Shown here one piece after another: positions 1-13,520 of a stretch of DNA of 64,000 nt. The position numbers and the translations under genes were made by a program. The notes under the pieces were generated by a model. It saw only the letters and a program-made list of their open reading frames with translations. It did no database searches and was not told the origin of the DNA. The stretch comes from Podarcis erhardii (lineage: Eukaryota), in the NCBI GenBank assembly GCA_964252035.1, contig OZ176213.1; one strand, 5' to 3'. Each line of letters begins with the position of its first letter. Within the stretch, counting starts at the first letter, position 1.

Positions 1-1472
1 TGCTCTGCTTGCTGCTTTTCAGGAGATGCAAATGCTTCTGTCTCGTAGAGCTGGAGTGAACTCATAGCAGCTCAGGCAGAAGACTTGCTCAGGCTTTGCG
101 TTGGCAAGGTTTCCAGTTTGGCTCTCAACGTCTTCATATAGATATATGAGCCAAACTACATGTGACAGTATGCATGGTCTCCAGCTGAGTTTTACTCAAG
201 AGTAGACTCGCTGAAATCAACAGCCCTAAGTTGGCCGTGCTTTATTAATTTCAATAGGTCTACTCTTGAGTAGGAGAAGCATTCTATGCAACCCTTGGTA
301 TACAAATGCAATTTGCATGCACGTTTCAGATTAGTTTTATATGCTGCTTAATCCCGAAATAGGCTTCTAAAGCAGTTTACAAGTATAAAAGCACCCACCA
401 AGTCTTAAACGTACAAGCAGCCACAGTTAAAATTTGCAATAAAACATGGCCATTTGAACAGCACAGCAAGTAAAGCAATAGACTTAGGTCAAGGGAACCA
501 AGGGAAGGCCTGTATAAAATAAGGGAATCTTCAAAAGCTGGCAGGATACCAATACAGATGTGGCCCCTCATCTTTCAGCAGTGAGTACATTGCCTAATAC
601 CAAGTGCCATCAGTGGAAAAATCCTGCCTCTCCATCACCACTAGCCAATAATCATTACGTCATGCTGAGACTAAATGGGTTCCAGGTGTTTATCTTAAGA
701 CCATCATCAGGCAAAGGTGGGGAACTTGAGTCTTGTAGGAGTCTTTGTACAAACCCTGATTTGCAAGCTGGTTTAATGTGCCCTGGAGTGTTTAGGGGCT
801 TGTCCAAGCTGAAGTGGGATCTCTGTGAGTCCTTTCAAGTTGTGCATATTTCCTCTTTAAATATAAAAATCAAAATTTAGAGGCACTTTTCTGCCTGTAA
901 TTTGGCAGCCTTGAGCCACTCTGTAGGGGTTACCTGCAAATTTCATCCACTTCTGTAAAAAGGGAGGCTGGAAGTTTGAGCTGCTTTTGACTCCCCATAG
1001 TAGTGATGGGGAAGTAACAGAGATTGTTTTTCATGAAGCAGATTCTGAGCTGGAGCTGGAGTCAAACTGGGCAGTGCACGAGACACTCTGGGATGAGACA
1101 GGCTGTTCCTGAAGTAGGATCCAAACGGAATCTTGATCCCACTGCACACGCCTAATAAATAGCTTTAATAAGGGAGCCTGAGCAGCTTTGAGACTGTAGG
1201 GAAGGAGAGTCCAGCTTTCCCTCTCGCTGCCACGGTCCTAACAACAACTGCTTCTGCATAGTTGCTTTGAGTTTCACAGGAAGCTCCCCATTGGCACCAA
1301 TGAGCTTCACACATCCATGCACCGCAGATTTTCACTTATTTGATTTAAAACAGAGTTGGGGGACCTTTTTCAGCTGAGACCCACATTCCTTTCTGGGTGG
1401 CTGGGTGGGGCCAGGGGCATAAAGTGGGAGGGGCAATGAATTTAAAATTTCACCTTTTGTATAGGAGGCTAA

Positions 1473-1821
1473 AGGTAAAGGGACCCCTGACCATTAGGTC
1501 CAGTCGTGACTGACTCTGGGGTTGCGATGCTCATTTCGCTTTATTGGCCGAGGGAGCCGACATACAGCTTCCAGGTCATGTGGTCAGCATGACTAAGCCG
1601 CTTCTGGTGAACCAGAGCAGCGCACGGAAACGCCGTTTACCTTCCCGCTGGTGCGGTACCTATTTATCTACTTGTACGTTGACGTGCTTTCGAACTGCTA
1701 GGTGGGCAGGAGCAGGGACCGAGCAATGTGAGCTCACCCCGTCGCGGGGATTCGAACCGCCGACCTTCTGATCGGCAAGTCCTAGGCTCTATGGTTTAAC
1801 CCACAGCGCCACCCACATACC
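1473..1821 (-). mobile_element. Sauria SINE (Squam1), near full length
   Basis: Minus strand reads GGTGGCGCTGTGGGTTAAACC...GGTTCGAATCCCC (pol III A/B boxes) and ends in an ACCTTT tail. 12-bp TSD ataggaggctaa at 1461-1472 and 1822-1833. Confidence 0.92.
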
Positions 1822-2087
1822 ATAGGAGGCTAAGCTCTGCACAAATTCACATGGCGTCTTCTCTGTCCTCCATCCAGACAAGCAAAAGGCATTTGTTCAA
1901 GGACGCATGCCAACCAAGCAAAAGCTCTCCATGAGAATGCCAAACAGGGCTGGTGACAAAGGGTGTGACTCATGAGCAGAGTGGTGGCCTGAGGAGAGTC
2001 ATGAGGGGCAGCTGAAGAGGCCTGTGGGGCTGCATTTGGCTCCAGAGCCCCCCTCTTGCCTTAAAACATACTTACAGTGCACCTGGA

Positions 2088-2186
2088 CATGGGCTAGCCA
2101 GGATTTATGTTGGGGGCCAGAACCTCAGTTAAGTATTTTTTATTGATTTTTATTGATTGAGGGTGCCCTCCCCAACTACACCCATG
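2088..2186. mobile_element. 99-bp hAT-type MITE remnant
   Basis: Termini catggg...cccatg. 8-bp TSD cacctgga / tacctgga (7/8). Confidence 0.6.
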
Positions 2187-2942
2187 TACCTGGAGCCCTG
2201 CTTACTACAGCAAATGGGGGGCAGGGAGCATGAACAAAAGGAAACTACCTGCAGGGAATGTGGCAGTGATAGTGTTTCCTCCTTCACCAGTAGCTTCAAA
2301 GGGATGCAGTGAATATCCGGGTTGCCACCTGGCAACCCTAATTACACACCTGATAACGCACGTCTTTTGAAGCCTAGATAATATACACCCTGCTGTTCCA
2401 AATCTTGTTGTGTTCTCTCAGGTGTGCCTTAACCAGCGTTCTGAAACCGCTCAGGCTTCTGCTTCAGATTACATTGATCTGCATCCTGTAGCCAGCTATT
2501 AGCTTAGCCTTAACTCATTGCTGATGGCTGCGCTCTTTTGTAATGGGGAAAGGAGGGCTTAGGTGCAGTGACTGCAGCTTATCTGTGTTTTTTGACAAGC
2601 ACACAGAGCAGCCTGGTGTTCTCAGTTACGCTGAACCTCTGTGGTTCACCTGTTACTCTTGGCGTGTACATCTTAGGCACTTTTTTTTTTTGTTCTGCTA
2701 ATCCCTATACAATGCTCAACTCATTCTCAGAGTGTGAATCCTAATTAGCCAACATGGCGTCATCCATGCACACAAGGGATGCGTGGGCAGGCTCAAGAGA
2801 ACTAAGGGCTTAGGAGAGTATACTGTAAAGGCGCCCCTCTTCCCCTAGCCTGGTTTGGACTTAGGGCACATCTGCACAATACACTATGAACCCCCTTTAA
2901 CAGCCACAGCTTCCTCCAAAGAATCCTGGGAAATGTAGTTTG

Positions 2943-2954
2943 AGATAGATAGAT

Positions 2955-3001
<47 letters not shown>
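2943..3001. repeat. (AGAT)n microsatellite
   Basis: About 14 GATA units with one 1-bp interruption. Confidence 0.95.
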
Positions 3002-4229
3002 CACTTAACTACAAATCTCAAGTGGTATATAAAGATACAATCTGAGAAAATAAAAATCAGTTTAAACTGTAAAATCAAACATCAATTAAAATGCCTGTCA
3101 GTATTACACCGTATCAAAGCACGGGCATTACTAGTCACACTGAAAACAATGGGAAGCCAATGGGATCTTTGGCTTATTTAATTGCCTCTAAAACAGGGAC
3201 GTACTCTCAACCAATGTGCCTGAACTTTGGAAAGGTCGGGTGCATTGAAGGAAGAGTAGAAAGCTTAGCAGTTTCATGCCGTTTGGATGGAAAATGTAGG
3301 AGTTAAAGGCACCAGAAGACTGTCTGGGTCTCCCTTTGAAAGCAATGGGAATCTAATGTGGATAACAAAATGAATGAACTAGTGTGGAATCACTTGTGAA
3401 GATGAATGAAAAGCAAATGAAGCAGCCATTGAAAGTTTTAATAGTGCAACTAAATGGAATGAGTAAATGTGGGGTGGGAATCTTGCACACTGCTAGGACC
3501 ACTTTGAGGTCACATTTAGTATAGCTTTCCCTTATATGTCAGGTCATTCTTTCTCTTTCAGTAATAACAACAACAAATTTAAGTGACATTGGAAGTTAAC
3601 GCATGCAGGAAACAAATTGATTGAAAAAGGAGACAAGGCCCCAGTGAAAGTCACCAAGTTCCAACTTCTCAACTGAATCTCTTAAGCACCATGAGTGCAT
3701 CTGGTGTGTGTTCTTATTCCGAGTCTCTTGGGTACGGCCCATAAGGTTATTGTGAAATCATGTTTTTGAGATCATCTCGGCAACAGTGTAAAACAAATTA
3801 AAGTTGTCGGGGTTTTTTTTCATTAGCCTTCTGTGGTTCTTGGAATTAAAAATTCAAGAATACAGAGAGGGTAGCATTTTTTAAAAAACCAAAAAAAAGT
3901 TGAATATCTGTTGACACAGAGAGAGAGTGGAATGACCTAGTCCCCCCCCTCCACACCATAATACATATATCCTTGTATACATTCCTCCTAGATTTCAAGC
4001 AGTGGGTTGTTGCCAAGGTTTCAAGTGACCTCCCCCAAAAAGAATAATCAGGCGACATAGGGAGGTTTCTACCAACACCCCTTGGGATGTTAAAATATAT
4101 TTTTTTTATACTTCTGCAAACCTTGGGGGGTCCCCTGAGCATGCTGACACCTCCCTCTTGTTTCTCACTGTCCCCTTTTGATTATGTATCTGTTGGCACT
4201 CCCCATCTGACTTTGCTATTTAGAAGGAG

Positions 4230-4660
4230 AGATCAAACATCAAAAGCAGTAAAAAAAATCATAAAGTGTGGGAGGGGGTGTGTTGTAATCCAATTAACCA
4301 GCATAAAACCAGGAAGGTTTGATCATAAAAGCTCTTCCGGAATTAAAGAAGAAGAAGTATCCAGAGCTTATCAACATATGGGAAGAGGTGAGGCTTGATG
4401 TACTTCTCTAGAGGAAAACATTTCATAGCTGTGGTGCCAGCACTGAAAAAGCCTGTCCCTGCTACCCACAGACCAGACCTTTGCTAGTAATGGGTCCATT
4501 CTTAGGCCTCAGGTAAATCCATATAGATGGAGGTGATCCATGAGGTAACCTTGTCCTGAGATGTCTAAAGATTAACAACCAGGATGTTTGACTAAGCATG
4601 GAAATGAATCGGCATGCAATGATCAGTCTGTAGGATCGATGCCTTTCTCCAGCCCTCACC
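4230..4660 (-). mobile_element. Old L2-type LINE 3' fragment
   Basis: Degenerate match to the L2 reverse-transcriptase C-terminal region as recognised by eye. Boundaries approximate. Confidence 0.45.
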
Positions 4661-5060
4661 TGTTGCAGTTTCCAAACTGCATGGCCTTATAACAAATCAG
4701 ACAAACTATCAGCAGCTATCCAGGATTTCAGGCCGGGCTTTTCCATAGCCCTAACCTGGAGATACTAGAGGTTGAACCAGGGACGAAGTGGATGCTGTAT
4801 TACAGAGCTACAGACCACCCCATCCTTCAGTTTGCTGAGGAGGAGGAGGAGGAGGGAGCTCTGTCTAAGAGAGACAGTGTTGTGACAGCAGAGGCCACCA
4901 GTTAATATGTATTTAATCTAGTGTGCTTCTGCTGTCCCAGTGGACCTTTTGTTTCGGCTGCCTTTGTAATGAAAAGTGACAGTTGTTTCACCTACTGGTA
5001 AAAATCTTGTATAATTGGTCCCTGGATCAGTATCTGAAGGGGGCAATTAAGATTATGCTT

Positions 5061-5062
<2 letters not shown>

Positions 5063-5098
<36 letters not shown>
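5063..5098. repeat. (GT)18 microsatellite
   Basis: Direct reading. Confidence 0.97.
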
Positions 5099-5100
<2 letters not shown>

Positions 5101-5332
5101 CATAATTCTTCTCTAAATGTAAATACAATGGAATGGGAAGCTTCCAAACAGGAAGCTTTGCTTTGTTTACTTCATCTGTGTTGCCCGTAATCTGCAGGCT
5201 GTAATTAAAAGCCCCGGTACTTGGTGGTAACAATTAAAATAGTCCATGGGTGACTGATGACTGCTCTGTTGATGTTTGTGCAATGTTTGCCGGTCAGGGA
5301 TATCAAATCCAATTACCAGGTGGTCAAGATAG

Positions 5333-5540
5333 GAAGCACTGTAGCTCAGTGGCATGCAGAAGGTCCTAGACTTCTCCACATAGGGCTGGGAAAGACTCCC
5401 TGCCCTTTTTGCTAAACCGCTTTGAGAGGTTTTCTTACAGTCAGATGGTGTGAAACGTTATGACAAAGCAATAGAGAAATGCTTGGAGAGTTGCTGCTGG
5501 CCAGGGTAGACAATACTGAGCTCAATGGACCAGTGGTCTG
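5333..5540 (+). mobile_element. Degenerate tRNA-headed SINE (tRNA-Ala-like head; other copies near 8636-8775, 29569-29689, 34385-34560, 41600-41778, 48930-49025)
   Basis: tagctcagtgg...gcatgcagaaggtcc...ggtagggctgggaaagactcc pattern recurs through the window. Confidence 0.5.
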
Positions 5541-6134
5541 CTGTCTGTGTTCCTAAGACCATTGAGCAAGGGCTGCTCAGGTATGCAAATATGTGTTGCC
5601 ACCAGGTTCATTGTGGGTGCCATCTTGTTTTATGTGATTGTCTGCCAGTCACACTAGAACAATGAATATTGAAGTCACCATTCTGGTTAGAAATTTAAGG
5701 ATGAAGGATCAGGGGGAGGAAGAAGAAACTTTTCCAAAGTATTTTTTAAAAATTTAATATTCTATTCCCTTCTAGGTTTGATTGTGAAGCTCTTTCCCCT
5801 TTCAATTGCTTGCAGACAATTACCGTGAGATCATTTTGCTTCCTGACCCTTTGCATCAGGGCAGAAAGTCAAGCACACATGAATTAATTTCCTCACCCTT
5901 ATTGGCGCATTCATTATGTAAGAACGTCCAAAATTTACAGAGATGAGTAAAGATTCCTTAACAAACTCTACTGAATGTCCCCCCCCCCCCAGCCACCCAG
6001 CCACATTGTTTTGTGGATTTGCCATACCAGCTGATTGGGCTTCTGCAGGCTCATGAAAAGGATCTTTCCATCAACTTTTGCTACAAATGGGCCAGAAACC
6101 CATTAAAATCAACATGATGGTTTTACAGCAGGAG

Positions 6135-6892
6135 TGTTGTTGTTGTTTAGTCGTTTAGTCGTGTCCAACTCTTCGTGACCCCATGGACCAGAGCACGCCA
6201 GGCACTTCTGTCTTCCACTGTCTCCCGCAGTTTGGTCAGACTCATGTTTGTAGCTTCAAGAACAGTGTCCAACCATCTTGTCCTCTGTCGTCCCCTTCTC
6301 CTTGTGCCCTCCATCTTTCCCAACATCGGGGTCTTTTCCAGGGTCTTTTCTCATGAGGTGGCCAAAGTATTGGAGCCTCAGCTTCACGATCTGTCCTTCC
6401 AGTGAGCACTCAGGGCTGATTTCCTTAAGAATGGATCGGTTTGTTCTTCTTGCAGTCCATGGGACTCTCAAGAGTCTCCTCCAGCACCATAATTCAAAAG
6501 CATCAATTCTTCAGCGATCAGCCTTCTTTATGGTCCAGCTTTCACTTCCATACATCACTACTGGGAAAACCATAGCTTTTACTATACGGACCTTTGTTGG
6601 CAAGGTGATGTCTCTACTTTTTAAGATGCTGTCTAGGTTTGTCATTGCTTTCCTCCCAAGAAGCAGGCATCTCTTAATTTCGTGGCTGCTGTCACCATCT
6701 GCAGTGATCGTGGAGCCCAAGAAAGTCAAATCTCTCACTGCCTCCATTTCTTCTCCTTCTATTTGCCAGGAAGTGATGGGACCAGTGGCCATGATCTTCG
6801 TTTTTTTGATGTTGAGCTTCAGACCATATTTTGCACTCTCCTCTTTCACCCTCAATAAAAGGTTCTTTAATTCCTCCTCACTTTCTGCCATC
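6135..6892 (-). mobile_element. BovB (RTE clade) LINE, 5'-truncated 3' end of about 760 bp
   Basis: Minus ORFs give ESEEELKNLLLRVKEESAKYGLKLNIKKTKIMATGPITSW...LGRKAMTNLDSILKSRDITLPTKVRIVKAMVFPVVMYGSESWTIKKADR*RIDAFELWCWRRLLRVPWTARR. One CGA>TGA stop, one short frameshifting deletion near 6345, and a CTAAACGACTAAACAACAAC tail. Confidence 0.93.
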
Positions 6893-8245
6893 AAAACTGG
6901 TTGCATTCCAACTCCCATCATCCCCGTCAGCCAGCAGGGCCAATGGTCAGGGTGATGGGAGCTGGAGTCCCACAGCGCACCATATTGACTATCCTTGTTT
7001 TATTTATTTATAAATGGCCCTTCCTCGTGTGGCAGGAACAACCAGGGTGATGTACATCAAACATAAGAACCAACATCAATGCTCGTAGCTGAAAAATGCA
7101 CAGAGTTGCTAGCCCTCCTCAAAACAGACGCATTGAGATTAATGAATCTAAGTTAGGCCTTTTAAATGACCTTGATGGGTCTAACCTGAAGAGGACCAGG
7201 CTTGGATACAACCCGTATGCACTAAAAATAACAATAAAAATTGGATAGCAAATCATTAAAGAAGGAATAGCAAATGTATTTTTTTTTTCTAGAGCATGCA
7301 GGTGGATCTAGGCAACTGAGCAGCTGTAATGTTGGTTTTCAGCATTAAGAAGTTGACCATTCCATGGGAAGGGGATTGTTGAGGTTTGTGGTGGTTGTAG
7401 TTAAGGGTTAGAGCTTCCATATTCACCTTGTGATATCTTCCTCCCTCTCCGACCCTTGTTTATATCAGGGACCGCTGGTATGGCCAGATTTGTTCCAGTC
7501 TGTTTGAGAAACATTCTAATTTGATGCTAATACAAAATAATAAAGGCCAGCCAATTCAGACCTGCCTACAATAATAAGCAAGGCTGACCTCTTTCTCTCC
7601 CTCTCTTTCTTTCTTTTCAAAATCAATGGATAGCATCCTATGGCTTGTTTTCCCTCTGTGTGTGAGAGAGCTTTATTATCACAAGTGCTGATCACAGAGA
7701 TTACCATGCTCAGAATTGCAATGTGCTGGGCTGCCAAAGAAGCTGATCCCTGGCTGTTTATTTCTTCCATGACAGCATTATTACACACACACACACACAT
7801 GCACACCCTCCTCCCTTCCTCTCACCCTGCACACATTGTTAAGCATCGCTGCTTAGTTACATTGGTATTCCAGCCAACGTGCTCTTGAGCAAACATTTCT
7901 CTGCCGTCGCCGTCTTTGCAAAGCCTCTTTCGCCTATGGCACCCAGACAAGGACATGGGGAGGGAGAGGAGACTGTGGGAGGGAGGAGAAATGAGTAATA
8001 ATCAGAAGTATATTAAGTGAGGCACCAAATTCTCTCTCCTCTCCTGCTCCATCCCCCTGCAGTAAGAGCTGTCTTGAAGTCACCTTATTCAAGGCAGGGA
8101 AGGGTCGCTGTTCAGGAGCACAGCACATGCTCTGCATGCAGAACGTCCCAGGATTATTCCCCAGCATTTGCAAACCAAGCTGAGAAATTGCTGGCCTACA
8201 GCCCCCATCAGTCCCAACCAGGGATGGTGGGAGTTGTGCTATGAA

Positions 8246-8538
8246 AAGAACGTGAGAACAGAAGAGCCTGCTGGATCAGGCCAATGGCTCATGCAGTCCA
8301 GCATCCTGTTCTCACAGTGGCCACCCAAATGCCCCAATGGGAAGCCCGCAAGCAGGTCTCGAACTCAACAGCGCTCTCCCTTCCTGCAGTTTCTAGCAGC
8401 TGGCATTCAGAAGCAGTGCTGCCTCCAGCTGTGGAAGCAAAGCATAGTCACTGTGGCTAGTTGATAGCTTTACCCTCCATGAACTTGTCCAGTCATCTTT
8501 TGAAGACATCCAAGTTGGTGGCCATCACTACCTCCTGA
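8246..8538 (-). mobile_element. Old CR1 LINE 3' end/UTR
   Basis: aagagcctgctggatcaggccaatgg...gtccagcatcctgttctcacagtggcc signature. The same family recurs at 11140-11420 (+), 13670-13885 (+), 21340-21715 (+), 28830-28965 (+), 54550-54700 (+), 63560-63830 (+). Confidence 0.7.
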
Positions 8539-10859
8539 AAGATCTGGAGGGATCACACTGGCTAGGCAGAGGGCAGGCAACAGCTGGCTAGATGATCCAA
8601 CCGTCTGCCTTGGTGCAAGACAGCACCCTCTGTTTAGGGAAGGAGGTATAGCTCAGTGGTAGAGTACGTGCTCTGTATCCCACATTTAATCACTACCTGG
8701 AGAGCCACTCCTAGTCAGCATAGACAATAGCCAGCAAGGTGGACCAATGGTCTGATGGTACATAAGGCACCTTCCTAATTTCCTATCCTTTTCATAGAGC
8801 CTAAATCTCCAACTGTCTTGTGTGTAGTCATACCAGTGGTCTCAGGCAAAGACTTTTCCCGGTCCCGGTGCTTTCTACGTGATGACTTTTTTTTTTTTTT
8901 TACAACTGGAGAAGGCGAGGGCTGGAAATTCTGCCTGCCAAGTACATGATCTGCTGCAGAGCTGCATCCCCTCCCCTGGAGAAGAGGTGTTGAATCTTCC
9001 TTATTGACACTGGTAGCTCACATTAACATATATAGCAAAGCAGTCCTCTAAGGCAAGGATAGGGGCAATGATTGTTCAAGGACAATTTAAAAAAATAAAA
9101 TAAAATAGGGACTTCTTGCTGGCAAATGAGGATAGTCGGAGTATATGGGATCTGCTAAAAAGCTTCGCAGTTATTGCCTTATCCCTTGATCTGAGATGTC
9201 CTTGTGCATCCTGCCCTTCTGTTGACAGGGTGGGGCCTTTGAACCAAAGCAGTTCGTAAGTTACAGGGACAGTGGCAGCATTTGCCCTGGGTGGAAGAGG
9301 GAGTGCAGAGCTACTCGTGGTGGTGTCCTTGGCCAAGGAGAGAGATGCTGGATTGCAGGATGCCTAATTATGACCATTTTCTTGCTGCTGTGTAGCTTGG
9401 CGTGTGAACGGTGTTGGCTCCATAGTGCCATCTCCTACTCATTGCTGCGGCCACTGCCCAGTCGCTTGCCCTTGTCCCTCTGGCCCCAGCCAACACCACC
9501 GCTCAGAAATGGGTGCCAAGGCAAATGGAATCTGCTTGCTCAGATGGAGAGGACAGGTGCAGGAGGAAACAACATGGGTCAGTGATCTTGTGGTGTGGGG
9601 CCTCAGTAAGTGCCCAAGAGTGCTGTCCCCTGAGCACAAGTCCCTTGGGATATCCATGGTGGTGAGAGGCAATTCCTGCCAAAATCAAGCAGCCCCAAGC
9701 ATGATTCTTGCATTGCAGGGGGTTGCATAACCTTTGGGTTCCCTTCCAACGCTACAATTCTATGCTCCACTTAAGCTGCAGTGCAGACTTCTCCACCCAC
9801 CATGGCCAATGGAGCCGCCATCAACGCAAAAGCTGCAGCCCTGCTGCAAGCAATGGCTGGGGCAGAAGGAAAGGGCATTTCCTGTGCCAGCCTGGAGTTG
9901 TCACAGCAGTGATTGTGTTGCCAGCACGGGATCCAAGAGATCCTGAAGCAGCTTCACCTCACCCCTTGAAAGCCCCATTTTGGGGCTTTTTGCTGGTGCG
10001 AAGTCCACCGAGGTCGGCAGAGGGGAACCAGCACCTCCAGTCCAGCACAAAGCAGCACATTGCTCTGCTACCCAGTGGACTGCACCCAACCAAGTTCTCA
10101 AAGTAGATCCATTGAAATGAATGTATCCAAGTCAGTTGTGTCCATCCGTTTCAATGGGTGAACAGGACTGACTTTGGATGCCGTCCAATATCTTAAAATT
10201 GGGACGCAGAAACATTTAAAACAAAGCAGTGCAGTGCAGTAGCAAGTAGCACTGATGGTCTCATCTACGCTTGGTTGGAAGGCAGTAAAAGCAAACATGC
10301 ATCCCTTGACGACCTTCAGTTTAATAAACCTCTTTGCTGGCGCCTCCAAATCAGAATGCCCGTTCAGCAGCAAATTTAGCTTTCACATTAAGCTCTCCTT
10401 GAGACCTGTCACACAATTATTTTTAGGCCTGCTGCTTCTAAAACCAGAGCCGACGCGCCTGGCTCCGGACAGGCCTCTTAATGAAAAGAGACACGAGGAG
10501 AAACCTCAAAAGAATTCAGCAATATAGATCTCTCTGGCAATCCCAACTCAGGGAACAGCCCAGGGCTGAGTTTAGATAAAGGCTAAATTGCTGCCTGACA
10601 GTTGCGATTGGAAGAGAAAGGCCCGTGGAAAGCAGTTGCACGAGGAGGTGCGGAGTCGGGAAATGTGTCTGGAGAAACTACCGGATACAAATGCAGCTGC
10701 TCACATTAGCTTGTTAAGGGCGGAAATGGTTTCGTTTGCAAAAGACGTTGAGGGGGATGTTTGCATTAGAGAGGCATCAGAGGGGGTCTGTCTCTCGCCT
10801 TCTGTAACGGCCTGCTTAGTTACTCTTTTTATTTTATGGATTGCCTTTGTATCTCACCT

Positions 10860-11015
10860 TTTTCTCCAGTGAGCGTACATGGTTCTCCCTCTCCTCATAT
10901 AATCCCCACAACAACCCTGTGAGGTAGGTTAGGCTGAGAGTGAAGTGACTGGCGCAAGGTCACCTGGTGAGCTGCATGGTTGAGTGGCGATTTGAACCCT
11001 GGTCTCCCCAGTTCC
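10860..11015 (-). mobile_element. Old MIR/Ther1-like CORE SINE (Squam3A-like)
   Basis: cacaacaaccctgtgaggtaggttaggctgagag...gtgactggc.caaggtcac...gatttgaaccc CORE motif. Second copy at about 34975-35170. Confidence 0.7.
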
Positions 11016-11603
11016 ATGCTAATTACTGGTGGACCATGTTTTGACTAAATCTGGGGTGGGGGGGTGCCAGAGATTGTGGGTTCCCATAAGGGCCTTCCTC
11101 ATATTAAGAACAAAAGAATCTCAAGTTCTGTTTTTAAATGAACCTTGGGAACTTGTGGCCCTCAAGTGATGGACACTAACTTGGATGGCTTTGAAAGAGG
11201 ATGAAACAAGTTTATGGGGGATGAGGCTATCAGTGGCTACCAGGCACAATGACTATGGTCTGCATCCCTGGCAGGAGGCAGCGATGCTTCTGAATGCCAG
11301 AGGGGAGTGTTCTTGTGCTCAGATCCTTCTTCAAGGTTTCCCCTAGACACTTGGCTGGTCACTGTGAGAAGAGGATGGAGACTCTTCTTGTGTTCTAATG
11401 GAGTACGAGAGGAGCAGGTCCTTGTCTTTATCAGTCTCTGGGGCTTAAGTAGATCCATCCATAATTTTGCATGTGATGAAACCATGCAGTTTCTTCACCA
11501 TGCAGACCAGGCATTGTAGCTCAACCCACCTGGACAGCTTTGTTAGAAGCGTCATTTGTGGGATGAGTGGCATGATCGGTATGGACCACTGTTCATGGCA
11601 GTA

Positions 11604-11925
11604 CAGTGGTGCCCCGCAAGACAAATGCCTCGCAAGACGAAAAACCCGCTAGACGAAAGGGTTTTCCGTTTTTCGAGGCGCTTCGCAAGACGAATTTCCC
11701 TATGGGCTTGCTTTGCAAGACGAAAACGTCTTGCGAGTCTTGCGAGCTTTTTCCCTTTTCCCCCCTTTTTCTAAGCCGCTAATAGCCGCTAAGCCGCTAA
11801 TAGCCGCTAAGCTGCTAATAGCGCTAATCCACTAAACCGCTAATAGGGATGCTTCGCAAGACGAAAAAACCACTAGACGAAGAGACTCGCGGAACGGATT
11901 ATTTTCGTCTTGCGAGGCACCACTG
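11604..11925 (+). mobile_element. Tc1/mariner (pogo/Tigger-like) MITE, family A copy 1, 322 bp
   Basis: TA|CAGTGGTGCCCCGCAAGAC...GTCTTGCGAGGCACCACTG|TA; about 24-bp TIRs. Internal GCAAGACG subterminal repeats and a (GCCGCTAA/TA)n array. Confidence 0.9.
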
Positions 11926-13410
11926 TAATGGGGGAACCTGTTGTCTTCCAGAACTTGCTAGACTACAACCCTCATCAACCCTGACCATTGGCTATGTCGG
12001 TGGGAGCTGATGGGAATTGGAGTCCATCTGCATCAGGAGAGCCACAAGTTCCCCAGCCCTGCTGTTGGGTTAGTGGCAAAGCAGCTTAGGATACCAGTTG
12101 ATTGGAGGCAAGCATTCATATGGTTGGCCACTGTGGAAAACTGTCCTGGGCTCAAGGGACCACTGATGTGCTCAGACATGGGTGATGCCAAGAAGGGAGG
12201 GAATTTGCACCAGTCTTTGCCAACGTGGCTGGGTCTCACGGAAGCTGCAATCCAAAATACCTGGAGGGCACCAGGTTGGGGAAAGGCTGGACTAAAGGAA
12301 GACTGAACTTTTAAGAGTTGCAAAGAGTGAGGCAGTTTAATGGATGCCCCTAGCACACTGGATCAATTTTTTGACTTTGGAATGAAATGTACTGAAAAGA
12401 GCTCTATCGATCTGTGTTGAATTAGATGTAATGAACTGGCTGGGTTTAATGAACTAGATTTACTGAATTTATTGAAATTAACATTGGTTGTACACCAGGA
12501 TGTTAAAAAGTGTTGGAAGTCTTGCAGTTGCTATTAGAAAACTGAATTAAAATTGAGCTCGGAATGAAATGAATTAAAAGAGCCATATGGATTTATATTG
12601 AATCAGAATTGGACAATAAATAAAATGTAGTGAGTTTATTGGAACTAGAAATTGAACTGATTAGCTGAAGTGAATCAGACTAAGGTTGCATTCCTGTGCA
12701 CACTTTCCTGGGAGTAAGTCCCTTTGAACAAAGTCACATTTACTTCTGAGTAAGCATGCATGGGATTGCAATCCTTTTCCCAGTTTCCTGGGAATTCCCA
12801 GTATCCATGCAACTCAAACTTACTTTCTAAGTAGACATGCATCAGATTGTACTGTTAATTAATGTATTGGAACTAGGGAAATGACCCTATAGGATAGGAT
12901 TAATGAGCTGAATATATTCATTTGGGAAGTAATTGTACATACATAACTAGTAATACATTTAGAGGCTATAAACTGCCTTTGCTTATTTTGGAACACTGAG
13001 GAAAATAATGGCCTATTATAGTTGATGGATAAGCTGACAAGAGAAAAAGAGAGATGAGTATCTCGTAAAAATAAAAGCTTTAAAACATAAATCTTAACTG
13101 TTTCTTAGAAATCATAAACTGCAAGAGGGAAATAAAAAATATGTATATAACACTCCAATGTGTTAGAAAGTATTACTTATTTATCAAGATTTACATACTG
13201 CTTGGTTGCAACAGAACCTCAAAAAGAAAGAAAACAATAAAATTATCAGGTAAAAAAAAGCAGGTGAAAACAACTACTTAAAATGTTCAGAAATGTACAG
13301 TGGTCTGAATTCCCAGCTGGCAGGAACAAGGGCACTATGGACAGGGCTAGCCAGTGTCTCTCTGCCCCTCTCGCCTCACATTCTCATCCACACCTGAGCA
13401 GGACTGGTGA

Positions 13411-13520
13411 GATGATGATGGTGGTGGTGGTGGTGATGATGATGATGATGATGATGATGATTTATTTGTACCCCGCCCATCTGGCTGGGTTTCCCCAGCC
13501 ACTCTGGGCGGCTTCCACAA
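13411..13520 (-). mobile_element. L2-type LINE 3' tail with (GAT/GGT)n microsatellite
   Basis: About 50 bp of GAT/GGT triplets abut tttatttgtaccccgcccatctggctgggtttccccagccactctgggcggc. Confidence 0.65.

Noticed and set aside
6278-6955. 225-aa plus-strand ORF
   Set aside because: Antisense shadow of the BovB LINE coding region.
11780-11845. Short regularly repeated GCCGCTAA(TA) array resembling a CRISPR or iteron array
   Set aside because: No unique spacers. It is internal to a TA-flanked MITE present twice in a vertebrate intron.
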